Origin: a virus
Lineage: Duplodnaviria > Caudoviricetes
Reading direction: 5' to 3' (one strand)
DNA length: 64,000 nucleotides
Virus record (IMG/VR): IMGVR_UViG_3300027689_000001
Coordinates: 1-64,000 of that record
Shown here: positions 18,866 through 28,829 of the stretch, piece after piece
Position numbering within the stretch: the first letter of the stretch is position 1
How the letters are laid out: every line of letters begins with the position of its first letter
The notes under the pieces: model-generated
What the model was told of the DNA's origin: nothing
The model's input: the letters and a program-made list of their open reading frames with translations, nothing else
Database searches by the model: none
Program-made: the position numbers and the translations under genes

Positions 18866-20821
18866 TCACGTAATATAGGGGAGCGGATTTATTTTTCTAC
18901 CATCTAACCAAATCTCAAAGTGTAGATGGTGTCCTGTCGATGCGCCAGTGCTATTGACTTTCATAATTGCTTCTCCAGCCTTGACCTTCTGTCCAGGTTT
19001 GACCATTATAGAACCTTCGATACCATGACCGTAAAAGGTTGTATATTTACCAGCATGCGCAATTTTAACACGAATCCCGCCACCTGCGTTCTTTCCACTA
19101 CGTATACCTGGCTTTTGCCATCCTGCCAGTTCAACTGTGCCGTCTCTAGCAGCATAAACTGTCGTACCTTTTGGAGCAGCAATATCTACACCCATATGAC
19201 TACTAGAACCAACCCCACCAGGAGATTTTCTTGGTCCAAATTTACTAGAAATGCTACCCTTACCGCCAGTTGGATGAGTCCAACCTGCTTTATTGACTGG
19301 TCCAGGAGATGACGGAGATGCACCATTTTCTTGTTCTGCTAGAGGCATATCAGAATTTTCGGAATTTTCATAAAGAGGAGGATTCGGTGGTGGCGCACGT
19401 TCAATTGCTTGGAAGGATGTATGGAACGAATCCTTAGCGATTTCCAAAATCATATTGTGTGCGACTGGAGTAATTTTATGGTGGATGGCAGTGATCATCC
19501 AAACACCAGAAAGGAACGGATCCCATTGGTTTTTCGGATCTGATTTATCTGCGCCATCTCCAACTTTAGGATATTTGAAGTGAATGATCTTACCAACTTC
19601 AGCATCCGTTCTTCCAGGAACCGTGATGTGCATACGCAATCCAGAAATATCTTCTAGAACACTTTGACGCATACCCAACCATTTATCTGGCGTATAATCT
19701 AGCATCTCATCATCGCTTGTGGTAAGAACTTTTCTATGCACTGGACGAAAGAAACGCTTAGACAATGCGGAACGAGTTACGTTCGCAGGATATGTCATAT
19801 TATCTTTTGATTCCTCATCAAATGTTGCTTTACCATTTTCAACTCGGTAATTTTCCATATGGATGATGTCAGGATATGAATATGAATAGTCATGCGGTAT
19901 ATTTGTTGCTTCTTTAATCATAATATCGAAAACTGTAGTAGTGCTGGCAAATCTTCCGTTGTCTTGTGACTTCAGAATATCGACCTGCTCATTAAACCGA
20001 ATATCAGATACAGTACTAAATCCCTTGTCTAATCCAGGTTTCATCGTATGTAATGTTTCATCATCAACCAAATCGATTAAAGGATTAAGAGGTTTCGGTA
20101 AATACACATATTCTGCAAATATAGAACTGAGATCTAACTGACTCTTAATTAAATTGTCAATAGAAGTGAAGTAAAATCCTGTCTTCGTTTCATAGAATAA
20201 GAAACTGGGTCCCTTTTGTTTTGCGCCAATAGATCTCTGTGCAACATAGTTGAGGCAGCGAAATGGTGACCACATATTTGCCACGAAGGCAATCTTACCT
20301 TCATGTGGAGTATCCGCGATAACCATTGGGGTTTCGTCTTTATTATCGATACCGCCGAAACAGCGTTTTTGTTTTAAATACTCTGTGTATAGTTTGTCTG
20401 CAATTTCGTCTGTAGTACCCTCATACTTTTTACTGACTTGAGTGACATTATCACTGACTGCTTCCATAGAGCAGAAGTATAATGTATACATTTGTTCACG
20501 GTCAGCGTTGAGCATTCTATTCTTAATAGAATAAATTGAGAAGGTCTTTTTTATGCTTTCGCCGTATCCATCACCAAAGGTTGGAGTTTGTATCCAAATA
20601 TTTAAGAGTTCGTCGCCCACAAGAGGTAAACCAGATATAAGTTCTTTAGAATCTACAAGCATCAAAACACCCTGTAGTGCGTTCGAAAATATATCTTCGT
20701 AGATATTTAGTTCGACAACAAAACTTTTGATGTCAAGAATGTCACCGTTGACACTCATGATCTCAACAGTCTTAAATGTTACGTCACCAGGATTTGATAA
20801 TGCTTTAGAATTGGTTGCCAT
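18866..20821 (-). CDS. Baseplate hub protein (gp27-like) with C-terminal M23 peptidase
   Basis: ELNIYEDIFSNAL, FLFYETKTGFYF, LSGVWMITAIHH; M23 motifs HMGVDIAAPKGT and STGHHLHFEI. Confidence 0.8.
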   Translation of the reverse strand: MATNSKALSNPGDVTFKTVEIMSVNGDILDIKSFVVELNIYEDIFSNALQGVLMLVDSKELISGLPLVGDELLNIWIQTPTFGDGYGESIKKTFSIYSIKNRMLNADREQMYTLYFCSMEAVSDNVTQVSKKYEGTTDEIADKLYTEYLKQKRCFGGIDNKDETPMVIADTPHEGKIAFVANMWSPFRCLNYVAQRSIGAKQKGPSFLFYETKTGFYFTSIDNLIKSQLDLSSIFAEYVYLPKPLNPLIDLVDDETLHTMKPGLDKGFSTVSDIRFNEQVDILKSQDNGRFASTTTVFDIMIKEATNIPHDYSYSYPDIIHMENYRVENGKATFDEESKDNMTYPANVTRSALSKRFFRPVHRKVLTTSDDEMLDYTPDKWLGMRQSVLEDISGLRMHITVPGRTDAEVGKIIHFKYPKVGDGADKSDPKNQWDPFLSGVWMITAIHHKITPVAHNMILEIAKDSFHTSFQAIERAPPPNPPLYENSENSDMPLAEQENGASPSSPGPVNKAGWTHPTGGKGSISSKFGPRKSPGGVGSSSHMGVDIAAPKGTTVYAARDGTVELAGWQKPGIRSGKNAGGGIRVKIAHAGKYTTFYGHGIEGSIMVKPGQKVKAGEAIMKVNSTGASTGHHLHFEIWLDGRKINPLPYIT

Positions 20822-20822
20822 A

Positions 20823-21353
20823 TTATACTCTAATTATTCGTTGGAATTCCGAAACAAATCTGCCAACTAAAATCTTTGGAATATACTTTATTTCTCGTTT
20901 GTCTTCGTTCAATTCAAATTCATAATCCCAGTTTGTAACGGATTCATGTTCACCAGATGAAATCTTTGCTGAATTGTAATCAACAATAATTCCTTTCGGA
21001 ACACCTTGAGATGCGAGTTTATCTGTTGTTCTGTAATGATGTACTGCTTGATAGATATTATTCTCACCATACTTTTCTAAGCAATAAGAATAAAGATCTC
21101 TTTCTTTTCTCGGCCATTCTTCACGAACATCAACGATATTATTGATCAACAATAAAATCCAATGATAATCTTCTCTCTCATACATTTTAAACGCCAGTAA
21201 TTCCGGAGTTTCTCCATCTTGAACATACGTTGTTTCTAAAAATTCTACATTTTTAATAGGAGTTTGGGGTGCGACACGCAAGAAAATATCCGTAACACCT
21301 TTAAATGTGCCATCGAACTTACCTCTGAGTACTGGAAATTGTCTGAAATACAT
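20823..21353 (-). CDS. gp53: Baseplate wedge protein gp53 (LysM-like)
   Basis: MYFRQFP, DGETPELLAFKMY..HWILLLINNI, YEFELNEDKREIK. Confidence 0.9.
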   Translation of the reverse strand: MYFRQFPVLRGKFDGTFKGVTDIFLRVAPQTPIKNVEFLETTYVQDGETPELLAFKMYEREDYHWILLLINNIVDVREEWPRKERDLYSYCLEKYGENNIYQAVHHYRTTDKLASQGVPKGIIVDYNSAKISSGEHESVTNWDYEFELNEDKREIKYIPKILVGRFVSEFQRIIRV

Positions 21354-21354
21354 T

Positions 21355-22479
21355 TTAAAATCCTTGATAAACTCTTTGTGCGGTCATCAGTTCTAGTTCT
21401 AAAAATTCTAATCGCATAGTAGCATGTGTTGGCATACCTTCTTTGAAGGTTGTAAATCCAGTATCGCTACCATAGTCTACTGTCATACCAGTAAGAACGC
21501 AAGTGGAAATTTTACGAACATATTGATTCTCTTTTCCTGCATTATAATAAACGATAGAAAATTCTGATGGATAGTTAAAGAAGTATCCCGAGTCTCTAAG
21601 TTCTGGGTGCATATGATATGCGAACTTTTGAATGATTCCCATACCATCTCCCGCAGCACCAGTTCTACGAGTAAAAATTGCCTCTGCTTCTTTTAAACTT
21701 CTTGGGGCGAAATTGTATTCAAAAACAAATGATCTATTCTCCATTGATTTAAAAAATTGTTCTTTGTATGGATTCGTCACGGTTTTGGTATTAGATTCCA
21801 ATACTTTATTAACATCTAATGCATTATCACTCAACACTTTCGAAAGTTTACCACCAGAACGTAATGCCAGTTTCATGTTATCTGTACTTAGCGGATTAAT
21901 TGCACCCAGTAAAGATTGGTTACCAGATCCGATCGCACCGAGCAACGTGCCCATTTCATCTGCTTTCCAATTTGCTTTATACCCAGAAGACATTTTATTT
22001 TCAGGCATCTGAAGAGCAATCGCACCAGCACCTCGATATAGTTCCTGACTTCCTGATAATGCGCCAATAGCACCAGCACCTGCAGCACCTACTGCTCCCT
22101 TAGCAATTACAGAGGTAACGCTACCAAGTATACCACCAAGAGTCACACCACCTGCATTTTTGCCTCCGCCTTTAGTCAATTGTTCAGCGATACCAAGACC
22201 AGTGCCAATACCTGCACCGAGAGCAGCCGCCACTTTTGTGGCGTTTTTTGGATCGACTCCATTCTGTGCGCTCTTATCAAAAACAGGGGCACCTGCATTT
22301 TTAAAATTTTCACCCAGACGTGAACCTTCTCTTACCAGTGGGTAGAAGATAATATAATGGGGAGACTGATCTTGCAAATCAAGTGGATATCGTAATATCT
22401 TATCGTTAATTCCGCCAGTGGCCTGAACAAATGCTTCTCTCGCTGCATCTGGTGGAGGTGGTCCTGGATCGTTTGACAC
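21355..22479 (-). CDS. gp48: Baseplate tail-tube cap gp48
   Basis: LRYPLD, NPYKEQFFKSMENRSFVFEYNFAPRS, CVLTGMTVDY, LEFLELE. Confidence 0.85.
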   Translation of the reverse strand: MSNDPGPPPPDAAREAFVQATGGINDKILRYPLDLQDQSPHYIIFYPLVREGSRLGENFKNAGAPVFDKSAQNGVDPKNATKVAAALGAGIGTGLGIAEQLTKGGGKNAGGVTLGGILGSVTSVIAKGAVGAAGAGAIGALSGSQELYRGAGAIALQMPENKMSSGYKANWKADEMGTLLGAIGSGNQSLLGAINPLSTDNMKLALRSGGKLSKVLSDNALDVNKVLESNTKTVTNPYKEQFFKSMENRSFVFEYNFAPRSLKEAEAIFTRRTGAAGDGMGIIQKFAYHMHPELRDSGYFFNYPSEFSIVYYNAGKENQYVRKISTCVLTGMTVDYGSDTGFTTFKEGMPTHATMRLEFLELELMTAQRVYQGF

Positions 22480-22480
22480 T

Positions 22481-22520
22481 TATAAATATCCTTTAGATTG
22501 GTTATTTTCTTATATTTATA
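22481..22520. promoter_or_regulatory. Pair of opposed late promoters: TATAAATA on + at 22481-22488 and on - at 22513-22520
   Basis: Two exact T4 late consensus motifs between the divergent gp48 and gp4 genes. Confidence 0.75.
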
Positions 22521-22963
22521 TGGTTTATTCAAGAGATTCCTTAAAAGGTAGATACAATATTCAAAAACCCAATAAGTATATTGGGGATCCGACCAACATC
22601 ATTTTCCGTTCCAGTTATGAATTGAAGTTTATGAAGTGGTGTGATGCAAATGATAGTGTTTCCGAGTGGGGTTCAGAAGAACTTGCAATACCATATAGAT
22701 CTCCTGTTGATGGAAGATCCCACAGATACTTCGTCGACTTCTATATCAAGGTAAATGATCAACGTTATTTGATCGAAATTAAACCTGCCAAGTTTACACA
22801 GGAACCAAAAATCCCAAAACGAAAAACAAAACAGTTTCTCCAAGAAGTAATGACTTGGGGTGTGAATCAAGCAAAGTGGAAAGCAGCAACTGAGTTCTGT
22901 CTAGATAGAAAGTGGAAATTCCTGATATTAACTGAAAAAGAATTGGGAATAACGAATAAATAG
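22520..22963 (+). CDS. gp4: Head completion nuclease gp4
   Basis: KYIGDPTNIIFRSSYELKFMKWCD, WGSEE, RYFVDFY, IEIKP, NQAKWKAA. Confidence 0.92.
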   Translation: MVYSRDSLKGRYNIQKPNKYIGDPTNIIFRSSYELKFMKWCDANDSVSEWGSEELAIPYRSPVDGRSHRYFVDFYIKVNDQRYLIEIKPAKFTQEPKIPKRKTKQFLQEVMTWGVNQAKWKAATEFCLDRKWKFLILTEKELGITNK

Positions 22964-22968
22964 TTATT

Positions 22969-23541
22969 ATGGCAAATCCGTTCGAAACCCTTCGTGCTAA
23001 AGCTGGAGATGGACAAAAGTCTATCTGGTGGTATATGCGCAATGCTCAAAAATTAGTCGGCGCGAGTTTATCGCCGACTACAGCAATGCAATCTGATATT
23101 GGAGAACTAAAGTCAAACATCGAAATTGGTTCGATGTATATGTATTATTACGACCCAAAATGGAAAAACGAATTGCCATTCTATGATGCCTTCCCGTTAG
23201 TGCTGCCATTCGGTCCAGCACCTGGAGGGTTTTATGGTATCAATCTACACTATGCACCATATTTAGTTAGAGGAAAGATTCTAGGCGAATTGTTAAAATT
23301 CGCAGACTCAAAAACACTTAGTCCTACCACTAAAATTAGAATGTCATATCAAATGTTGCAAGGCATAAGCAGCGCAAACGAAGTAAAACCTTGCATCAAA
23401 CATTATTTAACTACACATGTTCAATCAAGATTTATGAAGATAAATCCATCCGACTGGAAAAGTGCCATTTTTCTACCTCTTGAAGCATTCCAGAAAAAAA
23501 CAAAAGAAGAAGTATTCAGAGACTCCAGGAGTAAATATTAA
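22969..23541 (+). CDS. gp2: DNA end protector protein gp2
   Basis: MYYYDPKWKNELPFYDAFPLV, GINLHY, KPCIKHYL. Confidence 0.9.
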   Translation: MANPFETLRAKAGDGQKSIWWYMRNAQKLVGASLSPTTAMQSDIGELKSNIEIGSMYMYYYDPKWKNELPFYDAFPLVLPFGPAPGGFYGINLHYAPYLVRGKILGELLKFADSKTLSPTTKIRMSYQMLQGISSANEVKPCIKHYLTTHVQSRFMKINPSDWKSAIFLPLEAFQKKTKEEVFRDSRSKY

Positions 23542-24254
23542 TGGCAGGCAATGGCCTCAAAGAATTCCTCGCAGAAGTTGGCAAGAAGGACTTGGCAAGA
23601 TCGGACAGATTCGAAGTAATTATCGGAACACCGAAATGCTTGAATGGTATAACAAATAGCGTCACCAATGCAATTTTGGATACTAACATTCCAATCTTAA
23701 ATTTTACCTTAAACGATGCGACGAAGTTTCTTGCTGGGTCGAAAAACACCCCAGAAAATGCTAACACACAGTATATTTCGCTTATGTGTGAAGAAGCAAT
23801 ATTTCCTGGTTTGATGATGGGATCTAAACCATACAAGTATAATAACCGAGTTGAAAATCGGGCAACGTTTTTAGACTACAATGGTGAATCTGCAACGTTT
23901 ACTTTCCTTTGTGATAAAGACTGGAAAGTAAAGAAATACTTTGACACATGGATGCGCGAAATTGTGGATGAAAACACGAGATATGTTAATTACTATGAAG
24001 ACTATACATGTCAAATAGAATTATACTCATTGAACCAAAAAGACGAAGTAACCAATAAATGGATCATCGAAGAAGCATGGCCGAGATCAATGGCACCTGC
24101 ATCATTGGCATGGTCCAATACACAATTTGTTAGACTACCAGTAACCTTTACGTTTAGAAATTGGTATCAGGATCAAAATGTTGTGCAAAGAGGTGCAAAC
24201 TTTGTTGGTAAATTGCTTGGACAACAGAACACTATACCTGGAGGTTCCAGTTAA
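23541..24254 (+). CDS. gp54: Tail tube initiator gp54 / tail-tube-fold protein
   Basis: LARSDRFEVII, YFDTWM, EAWPRSM..LAW, LPVTFTFRNW. Confidence 0.7.
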   Translation: MAGNGLKEFLAEVGKKDLARSDRFEVIIGTPKCLNGITNSVTNAILDTNIPILNFTLNDATKFLAGSKNTPENANTQYISLMCEEAIFPGLMMGSKPYKYNNRVENRATFLDYNGESATFTFLCDKDWKVKKYFDTWMREIVDENTRYVNYYEDYTCQIELYSLNQKDEVTNKWIIEEAWPRSMAPASLAWSNTQFVRLPVTFTFRNWYQDQNVVQRGANFVGKLLGQQNTIPGGSS

Positions 24255-24284
24255 GTCAGTTTTTATATTTATTAGGAGAATATT

Positions 24285-24965
24285 ATGTTACCTGTCATGG
24301 AAACACCAACGTTTTACATTGAAATGATTGGAACTAAAGAAAAAGTTAAATTCAGACCATTTTTGGTCAAAGAAGAAAAATTATTAATTCTCGCATCTGA
24401 ATCTGAGGACCAAAGTGAGATGCTGAACGCGATGCAAGAAATTACAAATGTTTGTAGTTTCGGCAAACTGGCAGGCAGCGAACTACCATTCTTTGAACTT
24501 CAGAATATCTTCATTAAACTTCGATCCGAATCTATTGGTCAGGTAACTGAGTTTAATTTGGTCTGCGGTGAGTGTGGTCACAAAACTGGAGCGGAACTTG
24601 ATCTGACGACAATCAAACCGACACTTACCGACGGACATACAAATAAGATTGACGTTGGCAATGGTCTTGGAGTTATTATGCGATATCCAACCGCACTCGA
24701 TATGAAAGGTGATTCTACAACATACGATCTGGTTGTTTCTTGTATCGACAGTGTATATACTGCCGAAGAAGTTTTCACTACCAAAGACATTCAAAGAAAA
24801 GAAGTAGAACAATTTGTTGACAATCTAACTTCCGAACAGTTTAAGAAGATTACAGAATTCTTCCTCTCTATGCCCAGAATTGAACACAAGATCGAATATG
24901 ATTGTGCAAATTGTTCAACTCACAACGTTGTTTTCCTGGATGGAGTAGAAAGTTTTTTCGAATAA
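24285..24965 (+). CDS. gp26: Baseplate hub assembly protein gp26
   Basis: VKFRPFLVKEEKLLILA, IFIKLRSESIG, two CxxC pairs, ends DGVESFFE. Confidence 0.9.
   Translation: MLPVMETPTFYIEMIGTKEKVKFRPFLVKEEKLLILASESEDQSEMLNAMQEITNVCSFGKLAGSELPFFELQNIFIKLRSESIGQVTEFNLVCGECGHKTGAELDLTTIKPTLTDGHTNKIDVGNGLGVIMRYPTALDMKGDSTTYDLVVSCIDSVYTAEEVFTTKDIQRKEVEQFVDNLTSEQFKKITEFFLSMPRIEHKIEYDCANCSTHNVVFLDGVESFFE
24953..24959 (+). promoter_or_regulatory. Putative -1 ribosomal frameshift heptamer T TTT TTC
   Basis: In the gp26 frame (AGT TTT TTC GAA TAA); the -1 frame is open into gp51. Confidence 0.65.
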
Positions 24966-25141
24966 CCCTTTCTCATGATAACTTGAGGAATCATTATAAG
25001 ACCAACTTTATTTTAATGCACGAGCATAAATACTCATTAAGTGAACTTGAAAATATGATGCCTTGGGAAAGGGAAGTTTATGTTGGTTTATTGTCATTAC
25101 ATTTAAAAGAAAAAGCAGATAAACAAAGGCAGCAGTATTAA
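24953..25141 (+). CDS. gp51: Baseplate hub assembly catalyst gp51-like, probably expressed as a gp26-gp51 frameshift fusion (or from ATG 25016)
   Basis: LSHDNLRNHYKTNFILMHEHKYSLSELENMMPWEREVYVGLL. The family-like N-terminal part precedes the first in-frame ATG after the gp26 stop. Track ORF is 24902..25141. Confidence 0.8.
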   Translation, partial: FFRITLSHDNLRNHYKTNFILMHEHKYSLSELENMMPWEREVYVGLLSLHLKEKADKQRQQY

Positions 25142-27669
25142 TGGAACCTAACTCCACGTCGGAAAGATTTGCCAAGGTTATAGAAACCGCCAAGAACAAT
25201 TCAAGTTCTGGGGCAAAACCAATGCAGTCAGACGACAGGGATAAACAGTTTTCTGAGATTCGCAAACTTCTTGATATTAATAAAAATAGACCTTCAGATA
25301 TCCAAGCATCCGCGAGATTAGTCAATAGTTTTGTTGAATCTATTGAAAAGAATACTGACGACACACTAAGATCATTAGAGAAGCAAGATAAGAAACTATT
25401 AGAAGATACATTGGATGCAATAACAAAATTGCAATTCAAGACAGTCGAAGAATTTAAAAACTCTCTAAAAGATATTAACGACCTTGCAGCAAAAATGATT
25501 GCTAGAAGCGAGAGCGATGGACCAAAAGAATTTGGTGATATTGGAAAGAATCTTCAAAACCAAACACTAGAGGAACGTTTTAAGTCAGAAGGATTGACTC
25601 TAGAGGGAAAAGACGACACATTCGTTAATCGTCTGAAGAATAGTATGTTTGGCACAAATAGAGAACCTGGAAAAGAGGGGCAAGTTGTTGGACTCAAAGA
25701 AGGTGCCAGCAATTTCAAACAGGACTTCAAAAAAAGTTTCATGGATGGGTTTGCACCAAAAAATGGTGTTCTTGGTGGATTATTTCGGTCACAAGAATCT
25801 CGCCGAGAAGAAATTCGCAACGAGGTAAACCAATCTAACGAAAAGGTCTCAGAAGTAGAACGTTTGAAGAAAATGTTTTCCGAGGCAATTAATAATGAGA
25901 CGGAAACCAAACAGTCCACTTCTCAATCCACAAAAGAGTCTACCGCAGAATTTAAATCTGTTGATAAAATGGTAAATCTTACCGAAGAACAAAAAAAGAT
26001 TCTAGAACAGCAGGGTATCAAACCAGCTTCCGAGAAAGATTTTTCGTATAGAAAAGATGGTAAACCTGTCTCGATGGAAGAGATTAATAAAACCCTCGAA
26101 ACAAAGTACAAGGAATCACAACAACCAAAGGTAAAGATTCAGACTGCCAAGGTTGGAGTTGCACCCGATGAAAAGAATGATGTTGCATCTATCTTACATG
26201 ACATCAAAGATATTCTAGTAGAGATTAAAGATAAGTTATTCGATAAAAAACGTGCTGGTGTTGCACCTTCTGGTAAAAAACAGTTGGATCCAAATTCTAA
26301 TGTAAAAGAAGTTATGACTCGCAATAAAGCAGCACAAGTAGAAGCAGAACAAGCATCTGCTAATGCCGAAAAACGTGCGGAAAATATTGATAAACAAAAC
26401 ACCGAAAAGGCATCTGCGAAAGTTGAAGCAAAAGAGAAATCCGAACCAAAGGTAGTTATCGGCGGAACAGAATCTGCAAACACTAGAGTTACACCAGAAA
26501 CTCCTACAACTGGCAACGGTGAACAAGGTGAAGGTGGAGGATCTCTGTTTGGCGGAATCGCTGCTGGGTATGCTGGTTTCAAAGCTGGCGGTCAGGGTCT
26601 ATTTAAAAAACTAGAAAATCAAAGATACTCTAATCGTCTCTCCAACTTTGGTGCAAAAGCAGGTGGTGTATTCGAGAGAGGCACCAATGCAGTAGATGGT
26701 ACTGTTGATCGAGTAAGGGGAACTGCAAACACTCTGAGAACAAAGGCGACTGACCTTGTTAAAAACAGAGGTTTGCGAGCAGAACAATTACTAGACAAGA
26801 ATGGCAGACCTCTTGCTGGTGCTGCTAAACAGTCTCGAATTGGTAAAGTGATGCGAGATCGTATTGCGGGAGTTACTGAAAGTGGTAAAGGGATGTTTAA
26901 TAAAGCATCTCAATTTATCGGCAAAAACACTGCAAAGGGTACTGCCGCTGGTAAAATTGCTGAGAGTGGTATGGGCATGCTCAGTAAAGCAAAAGGTGCT
27001 ATCGGCAAGGTCGCAGAAAAGGGAATGTCTAAAGTTAGTGGCAAGATTGCTACAAAGGGTGCTGCTAAAATAGGCGCAAAGGCAGTTGGTAAATCTCTCC
27101 TAAAGAAAATCCCAATCATTGGTGCAATCGCTGGTCTCGGATTTGGAGCGATGCGAGCACTACAAGGAGACTTTGCTGGTGCTGCTGGTGAAGTAGCGTC
27201 GGGCGTTGCTTCTACTGTTCCTGGAATGGGAACTGCTGCATCTTTCGCCATTGACGCTGGACTTGCAGCAAGAGATATTTCAAGAGAAGGTGAATCCACT
27301 GAAGGTTCAACAGAATCCGTCGACGGAGCAAGAGCAGAAGGTGGACCAGTGTCTGCTAATGGTTCTTATCTAGTTGGTGAAAATGGACCTGAGTTATTTT
27401 CTCCAAATTCTGCTGGAACGATTAAAACCAATCCAGTTACTAAGAGTGATTTGGAAACAGGAAATAATACCGCCGCAGCGAATCTAAAAGAAATGACTGA
27501 AAGTGCAAAAGAAGATACTGCACCAGTTATCAATGTTCCTCCACCAACTGTAATTCAACAACCTGCTGCACCGTCACAAAATGGTGGTGGCGGATCTCTA
27601 CCAATGGATACAGTAAGAACTGAAGACAGTAGTTGGCAACGATTCCAAAATAGAAGATCTTTCGGATAA
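25141..27669 (+). CDS. Tape-measure-like protein (gp29-like)
   Basis: 842 aa, helical and Ala/Gly/Lys-rich, KSLLKKIPIIGAIAG, RAEGGPVSANGSYLVGENGPELF; follows gp26/gp51. Confidence 0.7.
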   Translation: MEPNSTSERFAKVIETAKNNSSSGAKPMQSDDRDKQFSEIRKLLDINKNRPSDIQASARLVNSFVESIEKNTDDTLRSLEKQDKKLLEDTLDAITKLQFKTVEEFKNSLKDINDLAAKMIARSESDGPKEFGDIGKNLQNQTLEERFKSEGLTLEGKDDTFVNRLKNSMFGTNREPGKEGQVVGLKEGASNFKQDFKKSFMDGFAPKNGVLGGLFRSQESRREEIRNEVNQSNEKVSEVERLKKMFSEAINNETETKQSTSQSTKESTAEFKSVDKMVNLTEEQKKILEQQGIKPASEKDFSYRKDGKPVSMEEINKTLETKYKESQQPKVKIQTAKVGVAPDEKNDVASILHDIKDILVEIKDKLFDKKRAGVAPSGKKQLDPNSNVKEVMTRNKAAQVEAEQASANAEKRAENIDKQNTEKASAKVEAKEKSEPKVVIGGTESANTRVTPETPTTGNGEQGEGGGSLFGGIAAGYAGFKAGGQGLFKKLENQRYSNRLSNFGAKAGGVFERGTNAVDGTVDRVRGTANTLRTKATDLVKNRGLRAEQLLDKNGRPLAGAAKQSRIGKVMRDRIAGVTESGKGMFNKASQFIGKNTAKGTAAGKIAESGMGMLSKAKGAIGKVAEKGMSKVSGKIATKGAAKIGAKAVGKSLLKKIPIIGAIAGLGFGAMRALQGDFAGAAGEVASGVASTVPGMGTAASFAIDAGLAARDISREGESTEGSTESVDGARAEGGPVSANGSYLVGENGPELFSPNSAGTIKTNPVTKSDLETGNNTAAANLKEMTESAKEDTAPVINVPPPTVIQQPAAPSQNGGGGSLPMDTVRTEDSSWQRFQNRRSFG

Positions 27670-27698
27670 AAAAAGGGGGACTTAATTGTCCCCCTTTT
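27668..27698. terminator. Bidirectional intrinsic terminator
   Basis: A7-GGGGGAC-TTAATT-GTCCCCC-T4 between the convergent tape-measure and gp32 genes. Confidence 0.9.
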
Positions 27699-27702
27699 CA
27701 TT

Positions 27703-28626
27703 TTATTCGTCCGCGAGACTCGAGAAGTAACTCATCGTGTCATCATCAGAATCTTCTTTCCAAGGTGGAGTATCATCTACCTTGGACGCTGCTGGTGCAG
27801 ACTTCATCTTAGTTTCAACGAACAGTTCGTCTTCGGCATCAAGCGGATTAGACTTTTCTGCTGTAGGAACACGAGAAACGCCAGATAGGACTAGGTTCAA
27901 CTTGTTCTTCAGTTCGTCGTATGACTTGAAGTTTGAAGGATCCAGAAACGCTGCAAGCGAATGGGTCTTACCCCAAATCTGTTCCAACTTATCTTCATTT
28001 TCGTCGAGAGGAGTTGAACCGTCGAATTCCGACTTATCGTAGTTACGATAACCTTCAACCTGACGAATGCGCAACTTAAAGTTAGCACCTTCCCAGAGGT
28101 CGAATGGATTGACTGGTTTCTCGTCTTCAAACGTAGGTTGCATCACATCCTTAATCTTATCGAAGATCTTCTTTCCGTACTTATACAGGAAGACCTTACC
28201 TTCGTTCTCAGGATTCGCAGGATCGCGAATAACAAGAACGTTTGAGATGTAAGAAAGGCGACGCTTTTGCTTACGAGCAATTTCCTTGTTCGATTCGATA
28301 CCTGAATTCCAAAGTTCGGAATTAAGTTCGCCTACAGGATCTGGTTTGTTAAGAGTAGTAAGTGAGTTTTCGATATACCACTTACCAGTTGGACCTTGGA
28401 AACCATGGTCCCATACGCGAACCCACGGAAGTTCTTCACCTGCAGGAGCAGGGAGGAAACGAAGCACTGCTTGACCGTTACCTGTCTTATCGACAGTCGG
28501 TTTCCAGAGACGATCATCATCGCCACGTTTTTCTGTGGTGGGGTTTGCGATTGACTCGACTGCCTTCATGAGAGAGTCGAAATTTCCACGTTGCTTGCGG
28601 AGGTCAGATAGAGAATTATTTGACAT
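27703..28626 (-). CDS. gp32: Single-stranded DNA-binding protein gp32
   Basis: DDRLWKP, GNGQAVLRFLPAP, GKWYIENSLTTL, NPFDLWEGANFKL, acidic tail ending SYFSSLADE. Confidence 0.97.
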   Translation of the reverse strand: MSNNSLSDLRKQRGNFDSLMKAVESIANPTTEKRGDDDRLWKPTVDKTGNGQAVLRFLPAPAGEELPWVRVWDHGFQGPTGKWYIENSLTTLNKPDPVGELNSELWNSGIESNKEIARKQKRRLSYISNVLVIRDPANPENEGKVFLYKYGKKIFDKIKDVMQPTFEDEKPVNPFDLWEGANFKLRIRQVEGYRNYDKSEFDGSTPLDENEDKLEQIWGKTHSLAAFLDPSNFKSYDELKNKLNLVLSGVSRVPTAEKSNPLDAEDELFVETKMKSAPAASKVDDTPPWKEDSDDDTMSYFSSLADE

Positions 28627-28656
28627 ATGTATTGTCCTTATGTTTGCGTTGTATGT

Positions 28657-28827
28657 TTATTTTGACGTTGTATCATAATAAAAGTCGTCATCGAAATCAT
28701 CTTCTCGACTACCAATATATTTATACAAGTTGTTTTTGCTTTTACGTATTTTATTTACGTCTTTTTCATTATGTCGAATGCGGTTGGAACCACGGTCTTC
28801 ATAATCGCTTCTACGAGACTTACCCAT
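28657..28827 (-). CDS. Small hypothetical protein (56 aa, below the track cutoff)
   Basis: MGKSRRSDYEDRGSNRIRHNEKDVNKIRKSKNNLYKYIGSREDDFDDDFYYDTTSK fills the gp59-gp32 gap. It contains a late promoter motif at 28718-28725. Confidence 0.65.
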   Translation of the reverse strand: MGKSRRSDYEDRGSNRIRHNEKDVNKIRKSKNNLYKYIGSREDDFDDDFYYDTTSK

Positions 28828-28829
28828 AG

